Positions 14,305 to 28,100 of a stretch of DNA of 64,000 bases are shown piece after piece. Made by a program: the position numbers and the translations under genes. The DNA is taken from positions 25,606,001 through 25,670,000 of the forward strand of contig JBHGNT010000004.1 in assembly GCA_043228905.1 (NCBI GenBank), read 5' to 3'. The DNA is from Azolla caroliniana. Taxonomy: Eukaryota > Plantae > Polypodiophyta. Position 1 is the first letter of the stretch. Each line of letters opens with the position of its first letter. Below the pieces are notes generated by a model. That model did not search any database. It was not told the origin of the DNA and saw nothing but the letters and a program-made list of their open reading frames with translations.

Positions 14305-15015
14305 CTTATTTAGCATCATGTAATAAGTTGCCTTTTCTGACAACTTGTGATTTTATGAAAAGCAAATGAGCTCATTAGATGAGGTATAGTTGGAAACTGT
14401 AATACTTATTAATACATGAATCTGTGCATTAGATTCAGGTTTTTCAGTGTCTATCTTCACATGATTTCGGGGTATACAGATAAATATACATACATATACA
14501 TATGTATGTATATATATAGACTGGTATAGTGACCTCTTGTTATTTCTTTGTAATCATTTTTTGTGGTTTCCTCGCATTGAGGTTTCCCATTAGTAATATG
14601 AAAAAAGGCTTACATACAAACAGTATGATCTCTTGCTTTCATTTTCATGCCTTCGATGGATGGACACAACGACGTGTGTGATAGTCAGTCCAGTTCCTGC
14701 ATTAAAATTTGTATGCACTCAATTATGTTCTGTACAAAGGCATCACACTTTATCTCAGTAACGAGGACCAGAGCATGTGCAGTGAGGTTAAAGTTTGAAG
14801 AACGTTGCTATTTGTTTGTTTGTTGGTGGCCTGTATTTCGAGGCTTATGGAGAAGAGACAAACCATGGTTTTCTCCAACCAAGAGTCGCACTAAAATGAA
14901 AATATTGCTATTGTGCTGATTAGTTTATTGCACTTCCAGCTAACATTCCTTGTCATTGCAAACACCATTTGCATTCATTTGTTCAATCGGGCCTCATGTT
15001 GAATCCATGTGTCTG

Positions 15016-15220
15016 GAAATGGCAGTGGCCTAATAATGGTTCATATAGTTCTTTGAAGGGATAAATAAATATATCCCTGCATTCCAGGCAAATGTGTAAA
15101 GGGAATCGGTATTTTGGTAGAAATGGCAGTGGCCTAATAATGGTTCATATGGTTCTTTGAGGAATAAATAAATATATCCCTGCATTCCAGGCAAATGTGT
15201 AAAGGGAATCGGTATTTTGG
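15016..15220. repeat. Near-perfect 104-bp tandem duplication (2 copies)
   Basis: GAAATGGCAGTGGCCTAATAATGG...GGTATTTTGG starts at 15016 and 15120. Confidence 0.9.
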
Positions 15221-15707
15221 GTCACGTTGATCAAATGGTGCAGAAATAGCTCAAACTGAACGTATAAAGAAACATGTGCAATATCCTTATGTCATCAGAT
15301 TATATTGATTACACAAAAACTGAAGTATTCACTCATGGGATCCCAGTGTGAAGGTGTAGATTCTGTATTTCAAACATGTTTCAAAGAAGTGTACGAAGTT
15401 TTGGAATGTGTTACCTAAATCCTAAATGAAATCATTACAGTCATGAGAAACTCATATTTTGGCCCATGCCGCTGTCACCTAGAGAAATTCATTAATTCTG
15501 AGGCTTTGTTATTCATCATTCTCAACAAGAAACATGGAGCTGCTTTATTGCACCTTGAAGAGGAACCTCTTATTTGCTTGACAAAAGCAAAATGAGAAAA
15601 CATTTTGCTTGGTGAGATTAGAGAAGTGGATCATGGATGTATTTTATGTTTACACACATTATAAACTTAGGATATACGTTTCTACACACTGTTGTAACAA
15701 GATTCAG

Positions 15708-15935
15708 AAGTTCAACGCATACACAACCTGGGTGATATGAAATTATATTTGCAATTCATGTGAAGAGTAGAAATCATGCATACACAACCTGGGTTATATG
15801 AAACTATAGTACAGATTATAAACGTATGTTCTATATTTCTACACATATTGCAAAAAGAAAAGCAATGGATTCAATTTCCCATTTACAAGTTCAATGCACA
15901 CACCCTGGTTGATATGAAATTATATTTGCCATTTA
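15708..15935. repeat. Degenerate direct repeat, 3 copies
   Basis: GCATACACAACCTGGGTGATATGAAA-like units near 15717, 15778 and 15896. Confidence 0.7.
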
Positions 15936-17137
15936 TGGGAAGAATACAATATCCAAAATGAGGGATTTACAGTTATCAGACAATTCTCATCTCGGGGTAA
16001 GTTAAGCCCTTTGCAAGTTCTACAAAGTGCACCATATGGCTCACATTTGATACGATAAAAACATTGTGCACTTTCTTGACAAAGAAGTAATCAGAAGAGA
16101 TAATAAGCTTTTTGGCAGCAAACAAGCTAGCAAGCAGGGTATATTAAGAACACTGAAACAGAAACGGCAATAGGAGCAGAATATGCTATTGCAGCATTGT
16201 AGGGACAACATCGTACACAAGTTCAAATCGACAAAATCAAGTCTAGCATGGTTTTTTCAAGTAACACATTTGAATTTATGACAAGGACGGATTGAAAACA
16301 TATTCTTGATGCAATTGAAACTTTAAATGTCAGACAGCCTTTAGGGTTTCAGGTTTTTAAGATTCAGGGTGGCCCTCAACTAATGAAAGCTTCAAAAGAT
16401 TATTGACCATACTTGATGTAGGAAAAAAGCTAAGCTCTTCAATGCAAGGGCAATCCTCGCTTCTCTTTAACGTAAAACAAAGAACAATACAGAAAACATT
16501 TGGAGCATAAAGGATCTGAGGTGAACAGTTAGTTTCCAAGGGCTAGGAATCCACATTTACATTCGAGTTTCATTAAACCCTATGGACAGGATTTTCTCAT
16601 TCATTGATTTCCACTTGGCGTGCATGTACTGCACATTCAACTCTCATTCATTGATATCCAATTGGCAATGTCACCTGCTTTCCATTGTCATTGTACTGAA
16701 TTATATAATTTGTATACCAGTTCATTTGTCAATGGCTTGATCCAATTTGAGCTAGGATCATTGCAATATCCAATTCTTTATTTATTACACTATCCAATTT
16801 CAATCACTCCAACACAACCCAATCCAATGGATAACGTACAATAAATGTCTCAGCAAGAAAAGATTCTTAACAGCAAAATCAGATTCTTCTTTACAGAAGT
16901 CAATCAAGAACTGCACACCTGCACAAACTCTGGCCCCATTTCTAAAAAGAAGAGCCTTAAAAATACAGTTGATGGGGCCATTGGTATTTCTAAAATCAAC
17001 AATTTGTCTACAATCAAAAATCCCCTACAAAATTGTTTTTGCTCAACCCCTCTATTCACCTCAGCAATGAGCATCCAAAAGGATATTTGAGATATCCAAG
17101 ACAAATCCAGTAAAACAGTACTTAAACAGAAGAGGTA

Positions 17138-20100
17138 TTATTGCTGCTTGCATTCAGGGGGCTGCTCTCCCGAAGAAGTCTTCTGTCCACCCTGTGCAGA
17201 CAAAAAATAAAATATTTTTTAAGACATCCACGTAAGTGAATTATGACTAGATACCGAGATATGTAATTAAATTTTGAAAAAAGAAACCCAAACCCCACCT
17301 TTGAACGAGGAGCTGACAGCTACAAAACAAAACAAAACAAAGTTAGATCGTATTAAGGTATGTAAGTACATTGTATATGAATAGAGAACCAGAGCGCACC
17401 TTCCTGCCTTTCGTTTGCTCCTCTTCTTCTTCATCTTCCTCATCATCGTCCTCTTCATCCTCATCCTCATCATCACCATCATCATCCTCTTCCTCTTCCT
17501 CCTCGTCATCATCATCTTCAAATTCTTCACCTTGCAAAGCTTCTCCCGTGAACCATGATACCGCATGTGGGATTATTTTATCACGAATAGTGGATCTGCA
17601 TGGAAAATAGGGAGTTCACATTCAATGAAGACCTATGAAAGAACCTTGAGGACTCCCTACATAACGTAACTTAAGAAGAAAGTTACACAAATATTGGGCT
17701 AATCTCTCAGCTTTTCAAAAACCTTTACGCCATATTATTGGGAAATATTGCTAGTCAAAATCTTTGTTTTAAATAACTTAACAAAAGTTTAGTAATTTGG
17801 CAAAATATTTGCCCCAGAAAATTCGTCATTTGCTACTACATACCCTATATTGAAAATAACTTAACAAAAGTCTAAACATTTGGCTCAAAAAATTAGTCAT
17901 TTGCTACTACATACCTTGCGTTGAAAATAACTTATCAAAAGTTTGGTCATTTGGCAAAATATTTGCCCCAAAAAATTAGTCATTTGCCACTACATACCCT
18001 ATGTAGAAAATAACTAAACAAAAGTTTACTCATTTGGCAAAATATTTGTCCAAAATAATTAGACATTTGCTACTACATACCCTATTTCATAATCTTGCTC
18101 CATGGCTTCTTGTAGCTCCTCAGCCTGTAAGTAATTTACAAATTTAAAGTTAGAATTTACGCAAAAAGAGTTTCCCACTTAAAAAGCATTAGAAGATGTT
18201 ACAATACCGTATCTTGATCAATGTCTTCATGATCATCGGGTACTTGGGGAGGACTGAAGAAGTTAAAGAAGCTCTCACAATCTTCCGTCTTTGTGATAGG
18301 CTTAGCATTTTTGCCCCCTTTCTTTGGTTTTTTCCTCAAAACTTTTTGTGTGAGATTCTTGCCAGCATGCCATTCAATCTCCGTCCTGTTCGGAAAGAAA
18401 TAAACTCATATTCAGCAAAACCCATGTGTAGTTATGATAAAGCCTACATCCACCCTAGTATTGAAGAAAAATGGAGAAGTCAATATACCCAATAGCCCGT
18501 TCAAGGATTGGCTCATCCTCTTCAATCATGTGATAGGTTTTTGTAAGCTAAATTCAAAGGAATATATCAGACGCTCAGATGTTGAAATTGATCCAATCGA
18601 TGACATAGATGAATAAATTAGTGGCTCTCATCTATACATACCACCGTGTTTTTGAAGTATGGATTGGTGTCAAAATGGAACTCCAATTTAAATCCTTTTG
18701 GATTGTTGATCTTTGACCATCTGATATCTTTCAAGTACTTTAGCGCATCTTCATCTCGTTCAGTGATCTACAAACACATGGGAATTCAATAGCAAAAATA
18801 GGTAAAGAGAGAATATAAGTCTTTTATTCACAAGATTTTTACCTGCATGGCCAGTGTCTCATTTGTCTTCATTGCACTAGACCAAAACTCTGGAACACCT
18901 TTCTCTGGTTGAAGAAAGAGCTAATTCATCATTTTAAATTTCCCCATTTAAGTCATATAAACAAATTGCCATTCATGATAAATATTACCATCCGATGTAT
19001 TTACATCAGCTGACTCTGTAGATTCTTCGGTGACTCCTCCCTGAACCTCTGTAATGCCACTTACAATCTCATAACGCTGTTTGCACAAGAAAGATACTTG
19101 AGAAGACTCTCCAAACAGAAGATGAAAGTTCAACACTTCTCATAAAAAAACTGTTAATGGTTCTTTCTTAATTAACAAGTCTACAATACTAGATTTTTGG
19201 TTTTTTAGCCCAAAGAGATAATAGCTTGTATCAACCAAATAAGATTACTTAGCTACACATTTCATTAAAACAAAGACATGCATCTTAATCTTACACAAAA
19301 TGCAAGTGAATAAATTGTGTGTAATAAAGGCATACGATCTGATTCTCTCTTATTACTAGGCCTATACTAATTTTGGTCCAAAAGCTTGTAGATTGTATCA
19401 GCCTAACAAAATTCCTAAAATAATTAGATAGTTCGTTAAGAAGAAGACATGCATATTAATCTTACACAGAACATCATTGAATAAATTGTGTTTCATATAA
19501 GCACACAACTTTATCTATATCAATTTGAAAAAGCGTGAACAATATCCCGATACAATCCATAAAAGAAATAAACAGATTGGAAATTTTCCACCTTGGTATA
19601 CAAGGGATCATACAAATTCTGATACCGAGCCTCTAATGCATCTCTTTCTTCCAAAAACTTCTTCTCCAATTCATCATGTTGAACCTACAAGGAGCAGAAA
19701 AGGAACAGTGATTGAGCATGTGCCCTTTATCCAAGAAACCCAATATTTACATTAGTCCATACCTGAATCTCCTGAAGGGCCAGTACCCGATTCCTTACTC
19801 TTGGAGAAAGAGCTTCTAACATACTTGATTGGTGTCCAGCAAGATCTTGTAACTTATTCTATAAAATTCCCAAAACATTATGTGGAAATGCTACATTAAA
19901 TAAAATTCTAAAAATGATCAATACACTTGGCATACCTTCAAAACATTCACTAGCCCCACTCGGTCAAGTCCTACGGAGAAAAATACAAGATTCAAACAAT
20001 GTTGCTGATAAGAACTTCAAACAGAATTATATATTAATCTGTCAATGTCCCAATGACCGAGCATTTGTAACCACCAAATAATAAAGCTTTAGGTGAAGCA

Positions 20101-21402
20101 TTCCAAGTTTGAAGTTCTAACAACAGAGTATTGGAACCTCAGAAAGATAATGTGGAAGGGGAGGGACTGCCAGAAAAACCTAAGTTACAATGAGTGTTCC
20201 TGAGGGGGGTCTTTCCTATTTAGATGGGAACTTCAAACAGAATCACATATTGATCTGTGAATGTTAAAATATTAAAATGTTTCAAACCTCCAAAAAATAA
20301 AGCTTTAGGTGAAGAATCCCAAATGATAAACATTATGTAAGGCCCAAAGTTAAAACATTCAGTAAAGCTGAAAAGACAAAGAATTATGTAAATACCCAAA
20401 AGATGACGATAGAGCATTAAGAAATGCCTAAGAGACAAAACAAGAGGTAAATTTCTTAGAATCTACCAATGACAATGGACAGGAAATTCATCACTATGAA
20501 TATATTATTCACTGAAGTTTCAGCAGAGAAAGTGAGTGGAATCCAGCCCCAAGAAAACAGAAAAAATTTAGAGCACCAAGAGAACACAGGGAATCTCGAG
20601 TGCCGAGAAATAGTGTAGAATCTCTGGCGCCAAGTGAATGCGCAGAATCAGGTGTCAAGAGAACACATAGAATCTCTCGTAACGAGTAAGTGCAAAGAAT
20701 CTCTAAACAAGCAGGACTCAATTCCTTCATAAGCTAGACCAACAATATTTCCACACTGCAATCTGGTAAGACCATTTTCAACAAGAAACTGGTAAGACAT
20801 TGAAACATCATCAGACAGTCACAAGCTTGCACTCGAAAATATGGATGTGTAGTTAACATATGGAACCTCCACCTACGGCCAACAAGTCAATTCGTCTCCT
20901 CGAGAAAATGGCCCTTTGCAATTTCTAGTCTTGTTCATTATCTGATGTTACTGAGAATTGGATTGCAGCCACATTTGGATGTTAATCATACATTCTACTG
21001 AGAAAAATTAGACAACAGCCGAAATCAGGCTTACTCAAAGTTTGGCTTTTTAAGTTTTAACTCTTCAAGTTTTGGGTCATTGATGTTTATGAGGCAAACT
21101 CGAAGAGCTGGCCATGGATTATACAATGCAAGACTCGCAACAAAAACTTGATAACGGGGGCCCTCAGGTTACAAATTTTAGACAAAAGTTTCCAAGTTTT
21201 TTTTTTCCCCATTTAGGATTTAAGTTTTTCAAGATTTAGGGTGTAGAGCTTCCGATTACGAAAGCAAGGTGTCAGGATTTACAAGCAAGAGTTTCCGGAT
21301 TTCCTGAATTGGAAATGGAGAAAGAGACATACCTGGGAGGGAGGATTCGATGTCGGACAAGGAGATGGGTTTGTCGGAGCCGTTGTCGATATTGTCGCTC
21401 AT
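17138..21402 (-). CDS. NAP1: Nucleosome assembly protein 1 (NAP1 family histone chaperone), multi-exon
   Basis: [17 protein letters not shown]..., [81 protein letters not shown], an acidic D/E tail, and C-terminal PECKQQ-TAA (17138). Confidence 0.95.
17745..18085. repeat. About 71-83-bp tandem repeat (4 units) in NAP1 intron, each containing the 5' splice-site sequence
   Basis: The unit AAATAACTTAACAAAAG...TTTGCTACTACATACC ends near 17845, 17915, 17999 and 18082. Confidence 0.85.
20520..20725. repeat. Degenerate ~27-bp minisatellite in NAP1 intron 1
   Basis: Recurring GAATCTC...GCGCCAAGAGAACAC-like units. Confidence 0.6.
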
Positions 21403-21535
21403 TGTGGGTTTTGAGGATAAGAGATTGACGGGCAAGAGGTGAGTGAGCGGCCTTCCTGCTTTCTGTTGCTCTCCGAGAGAACAGAGGAAAAACAGGGGAA
21501 GAGAGGCTAAAGGGGGATGAAGAAGAAGAAGAAGG

Positions 21536-21606
21536 GTTATATATAGTAGTATTTAGTATTTAGTATTGAGCCAAAAACCCGGGTGTGCTCAGAGATTAGG
21601 GTTTTT
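21536..21606 (-). promoter_or_regulatory. NAP1 core promoter: TATA box and telo-box
   Basis: TATATATAA on the minus strand at about 21537-21545, upstream of a CT-rich 5'UTR. AAACCCTAA on the minus strand at about 21597-21605. Confidence 0.55.
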
Positions 21607-21893
21607 GTGTGGGTGAGGAGGGGTGTAGTGTGACATGTGTGGCATTCCTTTAATGTGTATTATTCTTCTTCTTCTTCTTCTTTTTGTGGGGGTATTATTA
21701 TTATTGAATTTGGGAGATATGTTTGTACATATTATTATGTATGGTTCTAATCGGCTTTCCAAATTCATCATTCATCCATGTTTTGGAGGAGTCATTAATT
21801 AAGTCGAGCCGCTTGTCATTTTGTATTATGTGAGCGCTTCTGTACATCCTCGATTCGTCGACCTCGAAGCTCTGTTGCATTGAGATTGGTCTC

Positions 21894-21896
<3 letters not shown>

Positions 21897-21931
<35 letters not shown>

Positions 21932-21955
21932 TGTGTGTGTGTGTGTTTGTGTGTG
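21897..21955. repeat. (TG)n microsatellite
   Basis: Direct reading. Confidence 0.95.
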
Positions 21956-22036
21956 TTGTTCTACCCTCTCGGTCAAACATGGGTCGGATACTTAATCACT
22001 AAATATCCTTCACCAATGATTGTGGTTTGGAGGTAT

Positions 22037-22510
22037 GGAGATTTACAATATGAGATTGTTAAACAAATAAGTTATTCACAAACTCTGATTGATCGGCTTA
22101 TGTTCGATTGGCGCTTTGTAAAACACTATACAAGAAACTATTTGAGTCGGCTACAACAGATCGACTCTACGTTCTGTACTTTACTTGCAAGTTCAGGACT
22201 CGTAAATAAAATAACACGAATACAACAAACACGGTATACTCCAAAATATATTTCTATATTAAACTTCGTACCCCTTTGTACAATACACATGCCCCCTTTA
22301 TATAGGGAAGTTAAGTTGTCGTTCGGGAAACCGTTCCTAACTAATAGTTATAACTTCCTACTATTTACATTTTCTACTTTATACATATTTCCAATAATAA
22401 TATTTTTGGCTATTCGACTTCAACTTCAAACAACTTTCGCACTTTCTCTGGCTCCACACTTGTTTCGACCTTTCGGCCACTAAAACTTCTTCTTATACTT
22501 CTTTCAACCC
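22037..22510 (-). mobile_element. LTR-like segment (possible solo LTR)
   Basis: Starts TGTTAAAC. Minus-strand CCCTATATAAAGGGGG TATA-like core at about 22292-22307. Unusually CpG-retaining, and flanked by a duplicated CCTCGATTCGTC...(TG)n motif (about 21838 and 22557). No clear TSD. Confidence 0.4.
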
Positions 22511-24874
22511 TTTCACACTCCAAGTCGACCTCTATAGGCAACATGTTTGTGTCGTTCTTCTATAGGTCCTCGATTCGTCAAGCCGAAAGCTTTGATGAAT
22601 TGAGGTTGGTGTGTGTGTGTCATTCATCTCTTCGTGGACGTATCTCGAAATGTCTGGTCTTGAGACGATGAGCATGTGGACATTGCTTGCTTGTTGGGTT
22701 TGAGAGGTGTTTGCCATATTGTTTGGTTGTCTTCACGATTGGGTGTTCGTTGGTTTGAAATTGATGTTGTTGCACAACACAACTTATGTACTCATTGTCG
22801 CCACCAAATAGGCTCACCTCGTATGTTCCACATTCTTGTTATAAGTCTCGAACTCTTTTTCCTTGCCACCTGACCATGACCATCATCGACTAGCAAATAA
22901 ACATTGTCATCCCGTGTGCCCGTAAACATTCAACACTCTCACTAGCAAGCTCACATTCAAGACAACCAACATGTGCTCTAACCAAATGCATGCTTGTCCA
23001 AGGAGAATGCGTAGATAGAGGCTTGGTTGGAAACATATCTCATGCTTGACTAAGCTTTGAATGCAACCTACAATCTTAGCCATGTCTTATCATAAGAGAC
23101 TTTGAGGTTTTCCCATCCTTTTGCCACCCTTGATTGACATCGTTTATTAAGCACACCATCAACATCACATGTTAGCGCTTCTCAAGGGACTTTGAGGTTT
23201 TTTTTGCGGTCACCGTGCTAATCTGAGGAGTAACCCCTCACCACACCTCAATATTTCATGCCACTATTGAGTCTCACCTCAGAAACCTCTCACATCCCTC
23301 CAACACCCATTGTACCCACTTTTCCGAACTACAAATAAGCTCACCCTCTCCCCACCCCAAAAAGGACCCAATGTGCATCTAAGTAGTGTATCCATTAGAT
23401 CAGGGAGGGTGTTATGCACTTGTATGCCTCGCCAATATGAGCGTTGACACTGACACGAATAATTGTGTGATTGGGATAGAGAACACATAAAACCTATGAA
23501 AAATTCTCGTGTCCCTAAAATGTGAAAGGAGTGCGTGTGTGAGAATAGTTTTGTGTATTGTCTCTTGTTATAATACAAGAGTTTTCAAAAGAGAGGACTT
23601 TGTGTATAATTTTGTGTCAGAATATATATTCCTATATAGAGAGAGAGAGAGAGCGAGAGAGAGAGAGAGAGATTGCCTCAATGTCAATTAGTAGCACCTC
23701 TTAGGGTTCACCTTGGCACGAGACCCTCACCATTGTAGCATGGACAATGAGGATCTTGTTTTAATATACAAGATGAGGGGTTGCTTACTCTATAGTAAAA
23801 AATCACTACATTTCACATGCTTACGTGTAAACTTTCTATGTGGCATTGAGTGTGACACGTAAGAAACAACATGCAAAAGAACTATGGGGTTTTTGTGTGT
23901 CGCATTACATGTCGAGCATATAAGGAGATTCACAAACTCTTCGTTACATGCATTGCATAACTCCACACTTCTTGTTTTTTATGCCACGATGCTTACCTAA
24001 ATGCCTAACTTGTACAAATGAGTTTGATGAAGTGTAAGGGGTCTATGTCACTTAGACTAGTGGAGGGTGGTAATATTGGGCCAACATTCGAGATGGATGC
24101 TTGTAATGTAATATTCCAAAATTGACCTTTTAGCATTTCATAGATATGTCCTCAATGCTTCCATCGGCCTTTACTTGATGCTCATATACTTCGCGACATC
24201 ACTTAAGACCACGATTAAATATTCATCTCCCCATCTCTAAACCATTTCCAAACATTTAACACCAAATTGGTGAGATGATTTTGTTCTTAATAGTTATTGT
24301 ACACGTTGTTTCTTGTGGTTCCATGTAAAGGTTTGGCAACATATGTTCTAGCATATATATCAACTCTTGCAATATACTTATATGCCATTGTCAATGCTAA
24401 CACCTCTGCGGGTTGAGCACCTATTTCTACTAACATGGCATTTTAGGACACGGAGGACTAAATGCCTATTTGTCTACATCGGAACACTTCTTGAAAAATA
24501 CCTACTCATTCAATGGATCTAGTACGACAGGGCTGCTTGGACCATTGTAATGTAAAAATCGGATCCATCACACATCCCATCAAGCTCAATCTTCTAGGGT
24601 GATGCTTAATGGAATGACATCCTAGGTATCACACCCTCTTAATTAAGTATGCAATCAAACGTCTCACAAATCACACTACAAGCAAGGTTCATGTTGGCAG
24701 TAAGGCATGGTTGTGAATACGATATGAACACACACGTTTGCATTGTACTGGGGATCCAGGAGCCAAGGTTTCGAGGTTCGCAATGCAATATCCGAGATCC
24801 GGACATTTCAGGTCCGAGAGGCGGACTTGGGCTGACCAGCGACTACCAGCGCCCCTCGGCCACCGAGTCTTGAG

Positions 24875-25038
24875 TGAAGCCCAAGTGTTTGTTTTATTGT
24901 CCTCATTGAAGAAAAACCCTAATACAGACTAGACTCAGACTGGGGAGGGGCAGAGAGAGTAAAACCCTAATAGCTTTCTCCATGCCTAGGGTTTGAGAAC
25001 CTTAGGGAGAGAAGAAAGGGAGAAAGAGAAGGGAGGGG

Positions 25039-25075
<37 letters not shown>
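24875..25075 (+). promoter_or_regulatory. BMS1 promoter/5'UTR: site-II-like motif, telo-boxes, GA repeat
   Basis: AGCCCA at about 24878, AAACCCTAA at 24914-24922 and 24962-24970, TAGGGTTT at about 24987, and (GA)n at 25041-25073. This combination is typical of plant ribosome-biogenesis genes. Confidence 0.65.
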
Positions 25076-25076
<1 letters not shown>

Positions 25077-25146
25077 TTTTCTTCGTCCATAGCATCTTCT
25101 TGTTCCTCAATTGTGCTAACAACCGCTGACACATACTGAAAGAGGC

Positions 25147-28100
25147 ATGGCAGAGGTTTCAGAGCAAGGGCACAAGCAGCATCGAGCTGCAAAATCAGGG
25201 GCCACAGTCAAGAAGAAGCAGAAAGCTGACAAGAAGAAGCGGAGAGGCGACAGTGAGCAGAAAAACCCCAAGGTTCATTGTTTTCCTCTTCTGGAAATAC
25301 CCATGGGATATGAGAATGAGAGAGAGGATTTCTCAACAATCAGAAACATCAATTGTTGCCAAAAAACTAGAACGACGAACTTTTGCATATTCTTGATTTG
25401 GGTCGTATATATGTTCAGAAAAACCCAAGGTTCATTGTTTTCCTCTTCTGGAAATACCCATGGGATATGAGAATGAGAGAGAGGATTTCTCAACAATCAG
25501 AAACATCAATTGTTGCCAAAAACTAGAAAGACGAACTTTTGCATATTCTTGATTTGGGCTGTATATGTGTTCTCAAATTTGGGCATGAGGATATAGCCAA
25601 TATGTGATAATTTCTCTTAATTTGCAGGCATTTTCATTCCAATCTTCAGTGAAGGCAAAGCGTCTACAAGCAATTTCTGCTGAGAAAGACCAGCGCAGGC
25701 TTCACGTGCCCGTCGTAGACCGGGCCACAGATGAACCTCCACCTTATGTGGTGGTTGTACAGGGTCCACCCCAGGTTCATTCCATTTTTTTAAATATGGC
25801 ACTCTGAGTATAGTCGAAGGCATATCTTCTTTGTCAGCTATAATGCTTCTAAATTTCATTGCGATACCTTTAAATGCACGAAAAAACTGAAGGACATGAT
25901 GGTGCTTATAACAATCTCGGAACGCAAATGAAATAATATGTAGGATCCATGGAAGTGTTTAAATAGAGTCTCCTTAACTGATGCAGAGGGTATAGGACAT
26001 GTGACTCTGTTCCTTTTCTCAAGACCAATTGGACATCCGGTAGTGAAATTTGAGTGTCATTGTGCAATAAAAGAGGGGTTTTTGTCTGGTTGGAATAAAT
26101 GGTTTGACTATTTAGGGTATGATCAATTGATGGTTTGGAATGGATCCAGCAAACTTTGAATTCATCAAGTTGCATAGAAGTCTACTTCGCAATGGATGCA
26201 AGTCTAAATGATAGGCAATTGATACAACTGGTAGAGTTAATTATATCACGTACTTCGAATCACAATTGAAATGAGAACACGTGCTTTGATGAAGGTGTTA
26301 ATGACAAGTCTCTTACATATGTAACCAAGTGTCTTTACAGATGATGGGCCCAAATCTGGGCATTTGGAAATGGGATAGAAAACGGCAAAGAGGGATGAGC
26401 AAGGTGGATGATTGCTTGATAGGGAACAACCGAACAAATACTTATGTTTTGAACTTGTGTCTACAGGTTGGGAAAACTCTGGTTATCAAGTCTCTTGTTA
26501 AGCATTATACAAAGCATAACTTGTCAGACATGCGTGGTCCAATCACTGTCATATCTGGTACACGGCTTCTATAGTGTAACATATATTGTAGTATTAAATT
26601 GAAATCTTTTGTGCCCATTCTTATAAATTTGAACCTGGGAATATATCAGGAAAACAACGAAGATTGCAGTTTGTAGAGTGTGTGAATGATGTGAATGCAA
26701 TGATTGACTCAGCCAAAATTGCAGATTTGGTCTTGCTACTTGTTGATGGGAGCTATGGTTTTGAAATGGTTGGTAAATCCCTTCATTTCTTGAGAACTAT
26801 GTTGCAATAATTAAATAGAAGTACTATGCCTTATTCTGTTTCATGTTTTTGATTTTTCACAGTGTCATTTTAAGATATGTTTTCCCACCAATGTTAAAAC
26901 TTCGAAGTGACCTATTTTCTGACAGGAAACCTTTGAATATCTGAACATTCTTCAAGTACATGGATTTCCAAAGATAATGGGAGTGCTCACACATTTGGAT
27001 AAGTTCAAGGATGTAAAACAACTCCGCAAGACTAAAAAACGATTGAAGAATAGGTTTTGGACTGAGATATATGATGGAGCCAAGCTTTTCTATCTGTCTG
27101 GATTACTTCATGGAAAGTATGGCTCGCATTTCTGTTTTGCTTTGATGCTTGTTGTGGAAAGTTTATTTGGCCTTTTTGTTCTTTCTTCAATAGCATCGCT
27201 TATTCTGCAACTCGATTTTGCAGGTACCCCAAGCGTGAGATCCATAATTTAGCACGGTTTATTTCAGTTGCAAAATTCAGGCCTTTATCGTGGAGAACCA
27301 GCCACCCATATGTCCTTGCTGATCGATTTGAAGATGTTACTCCACCAGAAATTGTACAGGCGGATAAAAAATGTGATCGGAATGTTACCATTTATGGTTA
27401 TCTTCGTGGTTGTAATATGAAGAAAGGGATTCAGGTTGTTGCCATGGAACCCCTATCCTTAAGTCCCCTTAAAAAAAATGAAATCTTCCATAAAAAGATG
27501 AGAAGTAGAATAAAAAAAAGAATAGAAAAGTGGGACTGCTGATATGTGCAATGAAGTTACCTGATTACTAACAAAATAACTGCGGCTAAGTTCTTTTTCC
27601 TATTCTCAGGTGCATATTGCTGGTGTTGGTGATCATAAATTGTGGAGTATTAATGCACTGCCTGATCCATGTCCTCTTCCTTCTGCTGCAAAGAAGAAAG
27701 GGCTCAGAGAGAAGGAAAAACTAATATATGCTCCCATGTCAGATGTAGGAGAATTGCTGTATGACAAAGATGCTGTATATATCAATATAAATGATCATCA
27801 AGTGCAGTTCTCCAAAACAGAGGGGCAGAATGGGAAGGATGGAAAAGAAGAAGCAGGAGCTACCAAAGAAGGTATGGCACTTCAGTCGCTTTTAATGTTC
27901 TATTTTTAAACATATCTGGAGTTGGATTTATAGTAATACTACTTTATGCAGGTGCTGCTATTGATATTGGAGAGGTCTTAGTAAAAACCCTACAAAATAC
28001 AAGATATTCTGTGGATGAAAAGCTCAACCAGAGTTTTATCCAACTTTTTAGAAGGGCACCTTCTTCAGTAAGTCTGTCAAATATGGAAGAAGAAAATAAA

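Noticed and set aside
17371-17610. Poly-Ser plus-strand ORF
   Set aside because: It is the antisense of the NAP1 acidic tail exon.
21899-22483. 194-aa plus-strand ORF
   Set aside because: It starts inside a (TG)n microsatellite, runs through LTR-like DNA and has no recognisable motif.
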